Assembly (NCBI RefSeq): GCF_001194135.2
Contig: NC_068981.1
Location: 133,385,433-133,437,872 of the forward strand
DNA from: Octopus bimaculoides
Taxonomy: Eukaryota
DNA length: 52,440 nucleotides
Direction of reading: 5' to 3'
In this document: positions 11,305-22,895 of the stretch, one piece after another
Position numbering within the stretch: position 1 is the first letter of the stretch
Layout: every line of letters begins with the position of its first letter
Translations under genes and position numbers: made by a program
The notes under the pieces: generated by a model
What the model was told of the DNA's origin: nothing
Database searches by the model: none
Seen by the model: only the letters and a program-made list of their open reading frames with translations

Positions 11305-12500
11305 CAGGGTGTGCAGGCTATTTGAGAACATGACATTTTTTTTAGTTATTATTGTTTTTAAATTAAGTTTTTGATTTATGTTTCAGAAATAATAACGCCA
11401 GACACTCAGCTTACTCAAGAAATGAAGAGGCATGCTGTAATTGTTACCTTAAAGATAGAGCACATCGATTTAGATAGCTCAGATTTTATAAGACATCAGA
11501 TGTTTTGTCTACAAAATTCGCAAGAAGTTTAGAAGATTCTGATGGAAAGGTATCACCGTAAAATGTATTCTCAACGCTCCGATACCATCGAAACTCCCGA
11601 ATTTATTCAACAAGTTCGCAAATCGTTGGCGAAAATCTCAGAAAATGCATGAGGCCACTTGAAAAAGATCTCCATGTGTCAGAAGAGACAATCAGAAATG
11701 CTAGCCACGAAGACATCCAGTACAAGTCTACGTGATGCGGAAAGGTCAGTTCATGTCAGAAAAAACAAAAGGAAAATGGTTTGATCAGATCTAAATGGCT
11801 ATTAAACAAAATTAAAAATCCCAGAATATGACAGCATTTAGATTTTCTGAGATGATTAAAACTTTGACCAGTACTAGGAGATTAAAAAGAAAAAAATGAC
11901 AGATGGTTATGTCCAGACCATTCGGATGTTCTAAAAGTCATTCACACAAAGTTTCCTGCAGCTGTCATAGCTTTTGGAGCTAACACTACTTGCTACATTG
12001 AAGTCCTAGAAACAGTTGTCAGGCCTTGGATAGATAGAGTACGCAATGTAAGGCCATACGTGTTTCATCAGGACTCTGTACCATTACATAAGGCCCAAGC
12101 AACACAATAATGGATGGTTGACAATTTTCATGACCACATAACCCCTAACATTTGGCCGCCAAGCTCACCAGATCTCAATCCATTGGACTACTATGGGTGA
12201 GGCGTTGTTCAGAGAGAAGTCAATCAACATCCACATGATACCAATAATTCTTTGAAAGCCGCCATAGTCACAGAAATGTCTGGTATTAACCAGAACCATT
12301 TAATTCAGGCTTGTAGGTGATTTAGATCTCGCTGTCCATGCTCAAGGTGGCTACATTGAACACGATTATATAGAAGATAATCTAGCTTGCATGTGCAATT
12401 TTTTAATTAATAAAGTTGTTTTATCTTATTATATGTATGTTTCTTCTGAAAAAAAATTAGTAAGTTCACAAATTTGTCCTCAAATGCCTTACACACGCTG
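11305..12500 (+). mobile_element. Near full-length decayed maT (DD37D) Tc1/mariner transposon
   Basis: TIRs CAGGGTGTGCAGGCTATTTGAGAACA / CAGCGTGTGTAAGGCATTTGAGGACA (rc). Remnants MKRHAVIV, RSDTIETPEF, frameshifted FSDEKNFDQ and YVFHQDS..WPPSSPDLNPLDYY; 37 codons counted between the second and third Asp (12072-12188); several stops. Confidence 0.92.
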
Positions 12501-12505
12501 TGTAT

Positions 12506-12870
12506 ATCTATAATATATAAATCCTGTTGTGCGTGTGTGTGTGTGTGTGTGTGTGTAGAAAAGTTTATAACGGCCGTATTTTTCAACTGATCGCGCTGAA
12601 ATTTTACACATAGGTAAAAGGCGTCACAATTGGTGCATCAGTTAAATTTCATAACATAATCATTAGTTCCAAAGTGAGATTTACCCATTTTAAATCAAAA
12701 TCTGGATGGAAAATCCGATTTCAAGAAAGCTTATTGGTTATCATTCTGTAAATCACGTACGAACAGCCGCTATGTTTGTCCAATCAGCATCAGAACATTG
12801 ATTACATTAAGCTTTCTAAGCAATTTCATGAAAAAACATGTGATTGCAGTAAAAATCTATATCGTCTAGA
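12506..12870 (+). mobile_element. Possible non-autonomous Helitron-like element
   Basis: Starts A|TCTATAATATATAAA followed by (TG)n and AACGGCCGTATTTTTCAACTGATC..GAAATTT, resembling 5' ends of Helitron-derived repeats; 3' end not established. Confidence 0.35.
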
Positions 12871-13402
12871 ATGAACTGTACTCGAACACGTGCATCCAAG
12901 CATGTCATTTTGTGTTTAATAGATAAGCTGACACAAAAGAGTAAGAGGACAAAGCAATTATTTTGAATAAGTAAACATGAAATAAAATATTATCTTTCAC
13001 GAAAACATGGCACTAAATGGCGAATATTTTCTCAAGACAAAATTCAGTTGACAGTAGAAAATGACAAATTTTTTGGTAATCGAACGTGAAAATTTGGGTA
13101 ACAAATATCTAAAACTTTAGCTAACAGTTTCTTATATAAAACAAAAGATGAGCGGTTATTTTCGACTTTTGCATGACTCACTTGATCTGACACGTACATG
13201 CCCACTGTTTATTCTTTAAGACAGAAAGGAATTACACTATTTTAGACTCCAGTTCTTTCACGAACTTACACCGTCCAATNNNNNNNNNNNNNNNNNNNNN
13301 NNNNNNNNNNNNNNNNNNNNNNNNNNNNNNNNNNNNNNNNNNNNNNNNNNNNNNNNNNNNNNNNNNNNNNNNNNNNNNNNNNNNNNNNNNNNNNNNNNNN
13401 NN

Positions 13403-13445
<43 letters not shown>

Positions 13446-14259
13446 CAAATATATAAATTACAAACTCTATGCAAAAAGAATAAGAGGAAAAAGGCCAACA
13501 AAAACCAAGGCAGGACGAGTATATTAAGTCATTTAGAATATTTAGAGTAAGGTGAATTTGAGGTAATTAATTAATCAGTCAATTAATTAATTAATTATTG
13601 AATATCTTACAGTAGGTTAGCATCTTCATACACTGGGTACACCGTTATCAGAGACAAGGTGAGTATATATGAAAGTTCTAAAGAGAGGATTCACAATTTA
13701 TAAAGGAATAAAATAGTAGGTAGAAGAATAAAGAGTAAAACAGTACTTAGAAGAATACAGACAGGAGAATAAATTAATACGAACAATTACTCAATAAACA
13801 CCACGAAGCATTTTCTACATGTAAACATAAGATATATGGTGCCTTTAACTTCTTCCATAGGTATAAAGTGCAAGCAAAATCAACACACATAACACTTGCC
13901 TATATACATCCACAGACGTTACAATATACATACGCTTTTTTCCCTTTCATTTATCAGCATAAGTATCTTAGAATTTAGCTAGCTGCAATATTTTTTAATT
14001 TTTAATTTTTAACTTCCAATTTTTAATTCTTTAATTTTTTATCTTTTATCCAATTCAATTGTATTTTTAATCCTATATATATTCCCTTAAGTTAGGCATA
14101 CTACATGGGAGAAGATGAGCTGTGAATTTTATTCCCCTCTCTGTATATCTATTGTTTTACTCTTTGTTCTTCTATGTAACGGATGACCAAATATAGCAGT
14201 TACACAGCGTACTTTTTCATTTAGATCAGTGAACTAAACCCTTCATATTCAATATGTGT

Positions 14260-14309
<50 letters not shown>

Positions 14310-14736
14310 GTGTGCGTGTGTGCGTATGTATGTATGTTAATATTTTCAGTACTAAATCAAAAGAGAATGGAAAATATGACATACCTGTAGATATACCAAC
14401 TCCTCTTCAGTTATCGGCCAGAGGGTCAAGTGCAATTTCGGCCATTATCGATAATATTGCTTCCAAACTTGCCCGGAATGGGACCAAAACAATAAACTGA
14501 ATGGAGGCCATGGGCTACACGAAGACAACAATTAGAATGATAATAATATATACACAGCAAAAAGGTTTTAGGGCTGCAAGACAAGACAAAAATGGGTAAC
14601 GTGAAGGAGAAATAAAACAAACTGTCCTAAAGGACTACACACAGGAAGGGTATAGCAAGGAGCTCAGAAAAATATGACTGTTGACCAGTCTTGTCGAAGG
14701 CAACGCAAAAAAGAATGACACCGCTATATTTACATA

Positions 14737-14778
<42 letters not shown>

Positions 14779-14882
14779 TGTGTGTGTGTGTGTATAAATG
14801 TACACATATATGTATATATGTACACATATATGTATATATGTACGTACATGCATGCAGATGTGTGAACATATGCGTGTGATAT

Positions 14883-15165
14883 AGTGGTCATGTGGTCAGA
14901 ATGTTGATCTCATGATCTACTTATCGTGGGTTCGATTCCCAGACCGAGAGGCCCGCTGTGTTCTTAAACAAAGCACTTCATTTCACGTTGCTGAAGTCCA
15001 TTCAGCTGTAAATGGGTAACCCAGCAATCCGATCAGGTGGAGAATGTTGACCTACTCGGCTAGCCAACGGGGTCATCTTTCGAAAGCTAAACCGATGCAA
15101 TGCGCATTGTGACTAGCGATGTATAATAAAATCTGATATGCTGGTGAATCACGTGCTGATGTAAA
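14883..15165 (+). mobile_element. tRNA-derived CORE-like SINE family D copy
   Basis: A-box-like GTGGTCATGTGG, B-box GGTTCGATTCC, then CTTAAACAAAGCACTTCATTTCACGTTGCT CORE-like segment. Confidence 0.75.
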
Positions 15166-15182
15166 ATCCTATACACCTATGT

Positions 15183-15210
15183 GGATAGATAGATAGATAG
15201 ATACACACAC

Positions 15211-15261
<51 letters not shown>

Positions 15262-15293
15262 CAGACAGATAGATAGATAGACAGACAGATAGA

Positions 15294-15342
<49 letters not shown>

Positions 15343-15378
15343 GGATAGGCAGACAGACTCATATATTCAATATGTCGT
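15183..15378. repeat. Compound (GATA)n/(GACA)n repeat
   Basis: Seen directly. Confidence 0.95.
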
Positions 15379-16170
15379 GAAAATTTATGTTTTCTCAACC
15401 ATTTGAAATGTAATATGATATATATTTTACATAAGAAATTCTATAGATGCAGACGTTTGTGAGATCATCTTTGAAATCTATATTCTTTGTTGTACACTTA
15501 TTGCTTTCTCCTACCTTGAGGAATGTCATGAATTATTTTATTCTTTACGCCACTCAGTAAATGATTTTAACTATGGATTAAAACGACGCTCTATATATTA
15601 TAAGCGGTGGTTTCGAGTTCTTTCCAGAAACATATCGATATGTACATAACCCGAAGCAGAATAGTAACATACATGCACAATGCAGTGCAAATACACACAC
15701 ATACACACAGAAACACACACACATATTATATATATNNNNNNNNNNNNNNNNNNNNNNNNNNNNNNNNNNNNNNNNNNNNNNNNNNNNNNNNNNNNNNNNN
15801 NNNNNNNNNNNNNNNNNNNNNNNNNNNNNNNNNNNNNNNNNNNNNNNNNNNNNNNNNNNNNNNNNNNNNNNNNNNNNNNNNNNNNNNNNNNNNNNNNNNN
15901 NNNNNNNNNNNNNNNNNNNNNNNNNNNNNNNNNNNNNNNNNNNNNNNNNNNNNNNNNNNNNNNNNNNNNNNNNNNNNNNNNNNNNNNNNNNNNNNNNNNN
16001 NNNNNNNNNNNNNNNNNNNNNNNNNNNNNNNNNNNNNNNNNNNNNNNNNNNNNNNNNNNNNNNNNNNNNNNNNNNNNNNNNNNNNNNNNNNNNNNNNNNN
16101 NNNNNNNNNNNNNNNNNNNNNNNNNNNNNNNNNNNNNNNNNNNNNNNNNNNNNNNNNNNNNNNNNNNNNN

Positions 16171-16215
<45 letters not shown>

Positions 16216-16460
16216 TTTATATATATATATATATATATAATGTAATGTTCCGTGATAGAAATTCAACAAAAAAAATACTCCATCTGGTGAGAGATAAATA
16301 TTTATTTAAAAGGCATAATACATGTCTTTAAGTGCTACTAAGAGAGTTATATCTTGAGAAATACTCAAACATATTCTTCAGGTACAGAGAACATATCATA
16401 ACGAACTAAAATCATTGAATAATAAAAGAAACGCGAAAAGAACTGAGAGGACAGCATATA

Positions 16461-16812
16461 CAGGGTGACTCAAAAGTCGCCATACATAGGAGCAATTTAT
16501 CTTTTTATAAGAAATTGTTTATAAGAACAGTTTTTTTTTTATTTATCGTTACCATTGTTTTGAATATACATTGCAATGTGTTTACTCCACTCATTGGGAA
16601 CTCGTAATAACACATCTGGTGATACGTGTACAAATGAGTTGGTGATGCGTTCCTTCAAATGATTTATGTCTTTTATCTTTCCGCGATACACTATGCCTTT
16701 CAAATGCGCCCAAAAATAGAAATCAAGAGGGGTCAAATCAGGGGATCTATAAGCTGTTTCTTAATTAAAAAAATAAATTTTTCCTGTGTATGGAGACTTT
16801 TGAATCACCCTG
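16461..16812 (-). mobile_element. 352-bp TIR-bounded Tc1/mariner deletion derivative keeping the transposase C-terminus
   Basis: TA flanks (16459-60, 16813-14). 30-bp TIRs CAGGGTGACTCAAAAGTCGCCATACATAGG / CAGGGTGATTCAAAAGTCTCCATACACAGG (27/30). Minus frame SPDLTPLDFYFWAHLKGIVY..IKDINHLKERIT. Confidence 0.9.
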
Positions 16813-17044
16813 TAGAAAACGCAGTAAATAAATAACGGAAAACGTAAACTGGAAAACGAAAACACAGGAATTAAAATTGAAAAAGTAAAAAGGTAGAAGA
16901 GCTATCCTCTTTAGAACTTAGATTATAAGGCTGGAAATATATCAACAAGTCAGTCAGGAATAGGTGGAACGTTCCAATTCTTCAAAATATATTTATACAT
17001 ATGCTTGCAATCACTGAAAATTTCTGACCTTGAGTTCATGTTAG

Positions 17045-17240
17045 TGTTACTAGGCCGTGGCTCTGCTGGGGCACTGCCTCAAAGAACATTTTAGTCGAAC
17101 GAATCGACTCCAGCACTTATTGTTTTTAAAGGCGGGTAGTTACTTTAACTCTCTTTTGCCGAATCGCTAGCTTACAGAGACGGAAACACATAACACCGGT
17201 TGTCAATCAGTGGAATGGAACAAACATAGACACAAAATCA
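17045..17240. mobile_element. SINE-like family A copy
   Basis: Diverged match to 4808-5015. Confidence 0.7.
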
Positions 17241-17318
17241 CACGCGCGCACACAATCACACACACACACACACATACACACACACATACATATATGTTCA
17301 GCACCTGAAAGTAAACAT

Positions 17319-17422
17319 AATTCCCTGATGAGCTCCGGACTTAATGTGGGGTTATTTTACTTCTAACATCGCTTGAATGCTGATGATTGAAACCTAATGG
17401 CCGGATTGAAACATGTAGGATT
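17319..17422 (+). ncRNA. Type-I hammerhead ribozyme-like motif with intact core and 62-nt stem II loop
   Basis: AAUUCC-CUGAUGA-GC-UCCGG(62 nt)CCGGA-UU-GAAAC-AU-GUA-GGAUU; ACAUGU palindrome at stem III. Confidence 0.55.
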
Positions 17423-17554
17423 CTTTTATGTTTGTCTCTTTTGTTGATTCTCTTCCTTTACATCCTCAATCCTAAATATATTACTTTTAAAATGAACTAA
17501 TTATCCACTATATTTCTTCTCTATTCTCTTTTATTAACTTCATATAGAATAAGT

Positions 17555-17654
17555 ATTAGGCTTACAAAGAATAAGTCCTTCAGTCGATTTCTTCGACTAT
17601 AGGCGGTGCTCCAGTATGGCCGCAGTCAAATGACTGAAACAAATAAAAGAATAA

Positions 17655-17660
<6 letters not shown>
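17555..17660. mobile_element. SINE-like family A fragment, inverted relative to 17045-17240
   Basis: GGCGGTGCTCCAGTATGGCCGCAGTCAAATGACTGAAACAA is the reverse complement of the family motif. Confidence 0.8.
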
Positions 17661-17707
<47 letters not shown>

Positions 17708-17708
<1 letters not shown>

Positions 17709-17857
17709 GACGGATTTCTTTTAGTTTCCATCTACCGAATCTAGTCACAAGGGTTTGGTTAACTCAAGGCCATAGACACTTGCACAAAGTGCCAAGAAAT
17801 GGGACTGAATCGGAAACCATGTGGTTGGGAAGCAAGCTCCTTATCACACAACCACAT
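17708..17857 (-). mobile_element. SINE family C copy
   Basis: Matches 5062-5213 and 22087-22249. Confidence 0.8.
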
Positions 17858-19204
17858 CTAAAATGGAATCTAAAGATAATTTTCACGATGTCAACGGACA
17901 CACTCCTTTTTAAGTGTCTTTATATATAGGGTGTTAGGTTTATAAATCACATTCTAAATAATGTTTAGAGAAATATTCTTTGTTGTAATATTCACGAGAT
18001 ACATTTCTTCCAAACTTTAAAATATGTTGACAGTAAATTTTAACGCAGTAAAAATAACAGAGGGGTTGAGTATTATGAACATCAGATTCCTTGACGTCAA
18101 GGTGTTAACCACCTTGTTGTAGATAACGTTAATCGCGAATATTGAAGAGTATACAATTGATATTCGATTTGTTTGATATAAATCTCAAGAATAAATGGAA
18201 AACTATAGTTGATAGTTATGCATATAAATTGGAAACACTATTTTCATTAGATTACTGATTTGTCGTTTAAAAATCAAGTGAGGGGGAAATAGATGATTTC
18301 CAATTGATAACTGAACTTTAATTGAATTTTCTGATTGGTATTTTTAAAGGCTATTTTGTTCAAATACTGTATGACATCCAGGCTTCCACGCCATCTCCTA
18401 TCATTTGCATCATTTATTGGATAAAATTAATCAAAGAAATAAATTGAAAGAAAAAAAATGAGATATTTACTGGAGTCGATATTCTTTGCAACCAATGAAA
18501 TAAATATTTCATTAGATTCAAGGTAGGTGAAAGGAAATTGTTTAAAACTGAAACTTATTTTTGTAACTAATGTTGTCTTGTTAGTTTATCGACTATGCTA
18601 CGCAAAGAAAATATTTTAGCGGGTAGGTTGTTGCAGAAATCAGTGAACTAAATAATCTCCAACAAATTCGCCGTCAAACCTCCTGTAAAATTCTAGGTGC
18701 TATTGATACAACTTATTGAATCAGATTAAAAATAGTGCTCGGAAGGAAAAAGTCTTGTAAACTTTCTGTTACCAGGTCATGTGCATCCTACAGGAAAATA
18801 CTTAGTGATTCTCCATTATCTATAAATTATTGGCAAATTTCCATACAATGTTCTCTCAACAAGTAATTTTGTAAACCGTGCAGTTTAGGCAATTTGGCTG
18901 ACTCCCTGCAACCTAAGGGTAATATTCTTTGTATTTTCACCCCTTGGATCTAACCAAATATTCCATAAATCACAAACAATTTTTCCGTTTATGTAAAAGC
19001 CCAGAGCATTTCTTTACTATTCATTACATTTATACAGACAACAATTTATTTTTGTGTGCAATTTTCGTGCCAATATTTTCAATGATTAGGTTCCGCAAAA
19101 AATAAATAAATAAAATAGGTTGGTTAAAGAACATTAACAATTTTTCTGTGGATATTCATATTGTTTCCATGCAAACCACATAAATAATTGTTTCTCAAAT
19201 AGGA

Positions 19205-19847
19205 ACGAAACCCGAAATTTGGTGGTGGGAAGCTATTCGATTATATCGACACGTGTATTTGACTGGTACTTTATTCTGCAGATCCCGACAGGAGAAAATG
19301 GAAAAAAGATCTTGGAGGAGATTTTAATTCAGATTCGGAAAAAAAAAAAAACGGTTGAGTATTTTTACCAACGTTCAAACGCTTCTGTCAAACTACTCCC
19401 AAAAGTAACTTAAAACTTATTTGCAACATAAGCAAAAGACCCGAAACTTTGTTGAGGAGAAGTCTAGTCAAGTATATTAACTCCAGTACATGACTGGTAC
19501 TTTATTTCATCAACTGGGTTAAAAGGCAAAACTGACCTCAACGGTATTTGGACTCAAACGTTAAAGACCGGAAGAAATACTGCAAGGCATTTTCCCATCA
19601 TTTCAACGATTCTAACAACTCACCACCTTTAAAGTTATATAAATAATTAATATTGATTAAAATAAACTTGGCAAACGGCTAGCAATTTTGGAGGTGGGGT
19701 AAATCAATTACATCGACTCCTGTGTTCAACCCCGAAAGGATAAAAGGTCAACTCAACTCCGACAGAATTTGAACTCGCAATACAAAGATGGACGAAATGC
19801 CGCTAAGTATTTTGCCCAGCGCGCTAACGTTTCTGCCACCTTGCCGC
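19205..19847 (-). mobile_element. Three tandem minus-strand SINE family B copies (about 19205-19400, 19425-19630, 19660-19847)
   Basis: The first two carry GACTGGTACTTT, the second and third carry a GAATTTGAACTC-like segment; all match the reverse complement of 38909-39098. Confidence 0.7.
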
Positions 19848-19874
19848 ATAAGTACATAATAAAGTTTCAGTGAT

Positions 19875-20043
19875 CCTTCGTTCTTCCTTACATTCTGAGG
19901 TTCAAATTCCGCCGAGGTCGACATTACCTTTCATCATTTCGGGGACGATAAAATAAGTACCAGTTGAGTACTGGGGTCGATGCAATCGACTTACTCCAAC
20001 CCCTGAAATTGCTGACCTTGTGCCAAAATTTGAACCCTATATT
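19875..20043 (+). mobile_element. SINE family B copy
   Basis: GTTCAAATTCCGCCGAGGTCGAC..GATAAAATAAGTACCAGTT..CTGGGGTCGAT matches 38909-39098. Confidence 0.85.
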
Positions 20044-21481
20044 CAGTGATCTTTGTTTCAGTATTGCATCCGGGAAAAGAAGTAATTTTTGTTTTATAGA
20101 GATCCATCTGAAACTACTCTGCATATAACAATCAATACATAATAGAATTGATTCTGACTAGGACTATAAGTTTCGCCTGATTATTCAAACGAAATAATTG
20201 AAAACGTCAAGTGAAACTTAAAATGTAAGTCAAAACGTATTTAATGAAAATTTTAACTAATTTATTATTGAGTTTTCCCATAAATACGTAAATCTTATTC
20301 ATAAATCTACTTTAAGATAATAAACTTAAATTAACAACTAACTATCAATGAAATTCTATAACAAATCTATGAAAATTGGCAATCCGATAAAACTAAATTA
20401 TAATATTTCTGTTAGGCTTTTATTATTAAATTACACCTACCTTATGTATATATAATCATATACAGAAGGTATGATGCAACACATAACAATTGGCATCATA
20501 GATCTCGATTTTACGAAAATTTCCAGGTACACAGACTCTAAAGGTACTTGTTAAAATGATATGCTTACAAAATAGATTTCAGTTACTATCATCGTTATAC
20601 AAAATTTAAAATATAAAGCACAATCTTCTGTACATGCATACGTTCATAAATGCAAATGTATATATAAATACACACACACACACACACAAGTATGTATGTA
20701 GACATACATACAAAAAAGTATAATTCTATTGTCGACCGTGGAATATGTGCAGTGAGTGTACCCTTGTGTGACTTTGATGGCTACGTTGCGTATTCAGTCT
20801 CTACTTGTGAGTGTATGCATAACTGCAAAGACTTATATTTTTTGTGTGTATGTGTATAGATAGATGTATGAAAGGCAATGTAAAGCACGATATGTGAATC
20901 AAACGTCGGGTCAGTAGTGGGCTCTGCACTCTACTCCAGTGTGCAATTTAGTACGATGTGGTGCATCAACTTTGAGATGTGCTTAGTGTGCAGAAAAAAA
21001 AAACAATAGAAATAATAATTTACAGAAAACAGATATGGTATTCAATGTTTTATAGAACGTGCAGTTGTTTCATTAAAAACGTCGTAGAAATATTATGCAA
21101 TGCTGCACCAAAACACCTCAGTGCTCTGCAATAAATACGACAACAGATGTTAAAAGCTGCAAATATATACAGATTTCCGCTATGCAAATTGTCAATGACT
21201 TTGCATGCCATATACATACGTTAGGTTATGTCGGACAAATTAGAAAATTGTTCAATGCATGTTGTAAAGGATTTGGTGTTTTTATTGAAACTGAAACTGC
21301 AGAGTTTGTTTCACGACTCAAGTTCACACATCTACGATCCTCAGGCGAGAGTTATTACAGTTGATATTTATATTCCTTGATGTGCGTCTGTGGCTTAGTA
21401 TTTGTGTTTTTCACTGGATTGGTGTTCATTGACAAGGTACAGACGCGCACAAAAGATCTTTTTTGCAACAAGAAAACACAT

Positions 21482-21637
21482 TTCTACAAAATAACAGATT
21501 CTTTTTACTCTCAAAACAAACAACAAAAATTACTCATCCGTCAAAAGCACCCTTTATGAAAGATATAGCTACTCACAAAATGGATGAGTAATTTTTGTTG
21601 CTTGTTTTGAGAGTAAAAAAAAAGTTATTTTGTGGAA
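21482..21637. repeat. Inverted repeat / hairpin (about 57-bp arms, 42-nt spacer)
   Basis: 21502-21539 vs 21582-21619 match at 37/38; outer 10-bp perfect stem 21486-21495 / 21624-21633. Confidence 0.9.
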
Positions 21638-21710
21638 TTCTGTTTTTTTTTTGTTTTTGTTTTTGTTTTTGTTTTTTTTTTGCATATGAAATGTATTGTA
21701 GTACAAGTAG

Positions 21711-21826
21711 AAGGATATATTTTTCAACGCGTAAGTGCTGATAGAACAGTATATATATAGGATAAAATCCTTACAGAGCGGAAAAATCTGTCAGCAACCA
21801 GCCATAAGAATCGAACTCATATCCCT
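21711..21826 (-). mobile_element. tRNA-derived SINE family E, partial copy
   Basis: Reverse complement of 21961-22075. Confidence 0.75.
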
Positions 21827-21918
21827 TATGTCTGTTTACACATGACGTAATTTCTATTACATCTAGCGCTTCTAGATGAGTGTATAAGTTCTAAAATTGC
21901 AAGAGAATTTATCAGTAA

Positions 21919-22075
21919 AGCAGTTTAGCTTAATGGCAGAACACTTTGACCGGAAATTAAAGGGCTGGGAGTTCGATTCTCATGGCTGGTTGCTGACAGA
22001 TTTTCCTGCTTTGTAAGGATTTTATCCTATATAGGCTGTTCTATCAGTACTTACGCGTTGAAAATATATATCCTT
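21919..22075 (+). mobile_element. tRNA-derived SINE family E copy with recognisable tRNA-like head
   Basis: A box TAGCTTAATGG, stem-loop CTTTGA-CCGGAAA-TTAAAG, B box GAGTTCGATTC, followed by a unique tail. Confidence 0.7.
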
Positions 22076-22086
22076 GTAATATATAT

Positions 22087-22249
22087 GACGGGATTCTTTC
22101 AGTTTCCATCTACCAAATCCACTCACAAGACTCTAGTCGGCCGAAGGCTATAGTTGAAGACACTTTTCCAAGATGCCACGCAGTGGGACTGAACCTGGAA
22201 CCATGTGTTGGTAGGCAAGCTACTTACGACACAGTCACTCCTGCGCCTA
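22087..22249 (-). mobile_element. SINE family C copy
   Basis: Least decayed copy; minus head GGAGTGACTGTGTCGTAAG..GGTTCAGTCCC. Confidence 0.85.
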
Positions 22250-22355
22250 TATACATATATATATAAATTCTAAATATCACCCTCAGTCGAGACAAAAATT
22301 GTTTATATTGTGGCAAAACTCGAGCAGTAATTACTAAACAATAATAGAAAGTACC

Positions 22356-22404
<49 letters not shown>

Positions 22405-22456
22405 TCAGTTACATATATGCATAAACATATATGTATATATATATATATAATCACAC

Positions 22457-22489
<33 letters not shown>

Positions 22490-22492
<3 letters not shown>

Positions 22493-22805
22493 TGATCTAA
22501 TGCCACTCCGACGGATACGACGACAAGTGTTCTGTTTGGTCCGATAATTTCACACACCGCTAGTGAAATTATTGTGCAAGTGGCTGAGAGACAGGCGTAC
22601 TATTAATGTAGTTCTCAGAGAGATTCAGCATGACACAGAAAGCAAACAAGGTTGGCTCTGAATTACAGGTACTACTCATTTTTTGCCAGCGGAGTGAACT
22701 GGAGCAACATGAAATCAAGGATACAAGGTGTCGCCCACTGGGAATCGAACTCACGTCTTTTCGATTGCGAACCGAATACGTTACCCACTTAGCCACGTGC
22801 ATTCC
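22490..22805 (-). mobile_element. SINE family D copy
   Basis: Minus head GTGGCTAAGTGG..GAGTTCGATTCCC; body matches 4452-4680 in reverse. Confidence 0.75.
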
Positions 22806-22840
22806 GTGCGCACACAGACATATACACGCATATATGTGCT

Positions 22841-22895
<55 letters not shown>

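Noticed and set aside
13629-13673. Strong donor AAG|GTGAGT with a possible 38-46-nt exon
   Set aside because: Isolated splice-like sites are expected by chance in 52 kb of AT-rich DNA.
14350-14520. Exon-like segment: minus strand with good acceptor and CAG|GTATGT donor, or plus frame TKSKENGKYDIPVDIP..
   Set aside because: All three minus frames contain stops; the plus frame is short and unrecognised. A UTR or non-coding exon cannot be excluded.
21095-21364. 89-aa ORF MQCCTKTPQC..
   Set aside because: No recognisable domain; length is within chance range.
21919-21990. Possible true tRNA gene
   Set aside because: Weak acceptor and T stems, no U33, and it continues into a tail duplicated nearby; treated as a SINE head.
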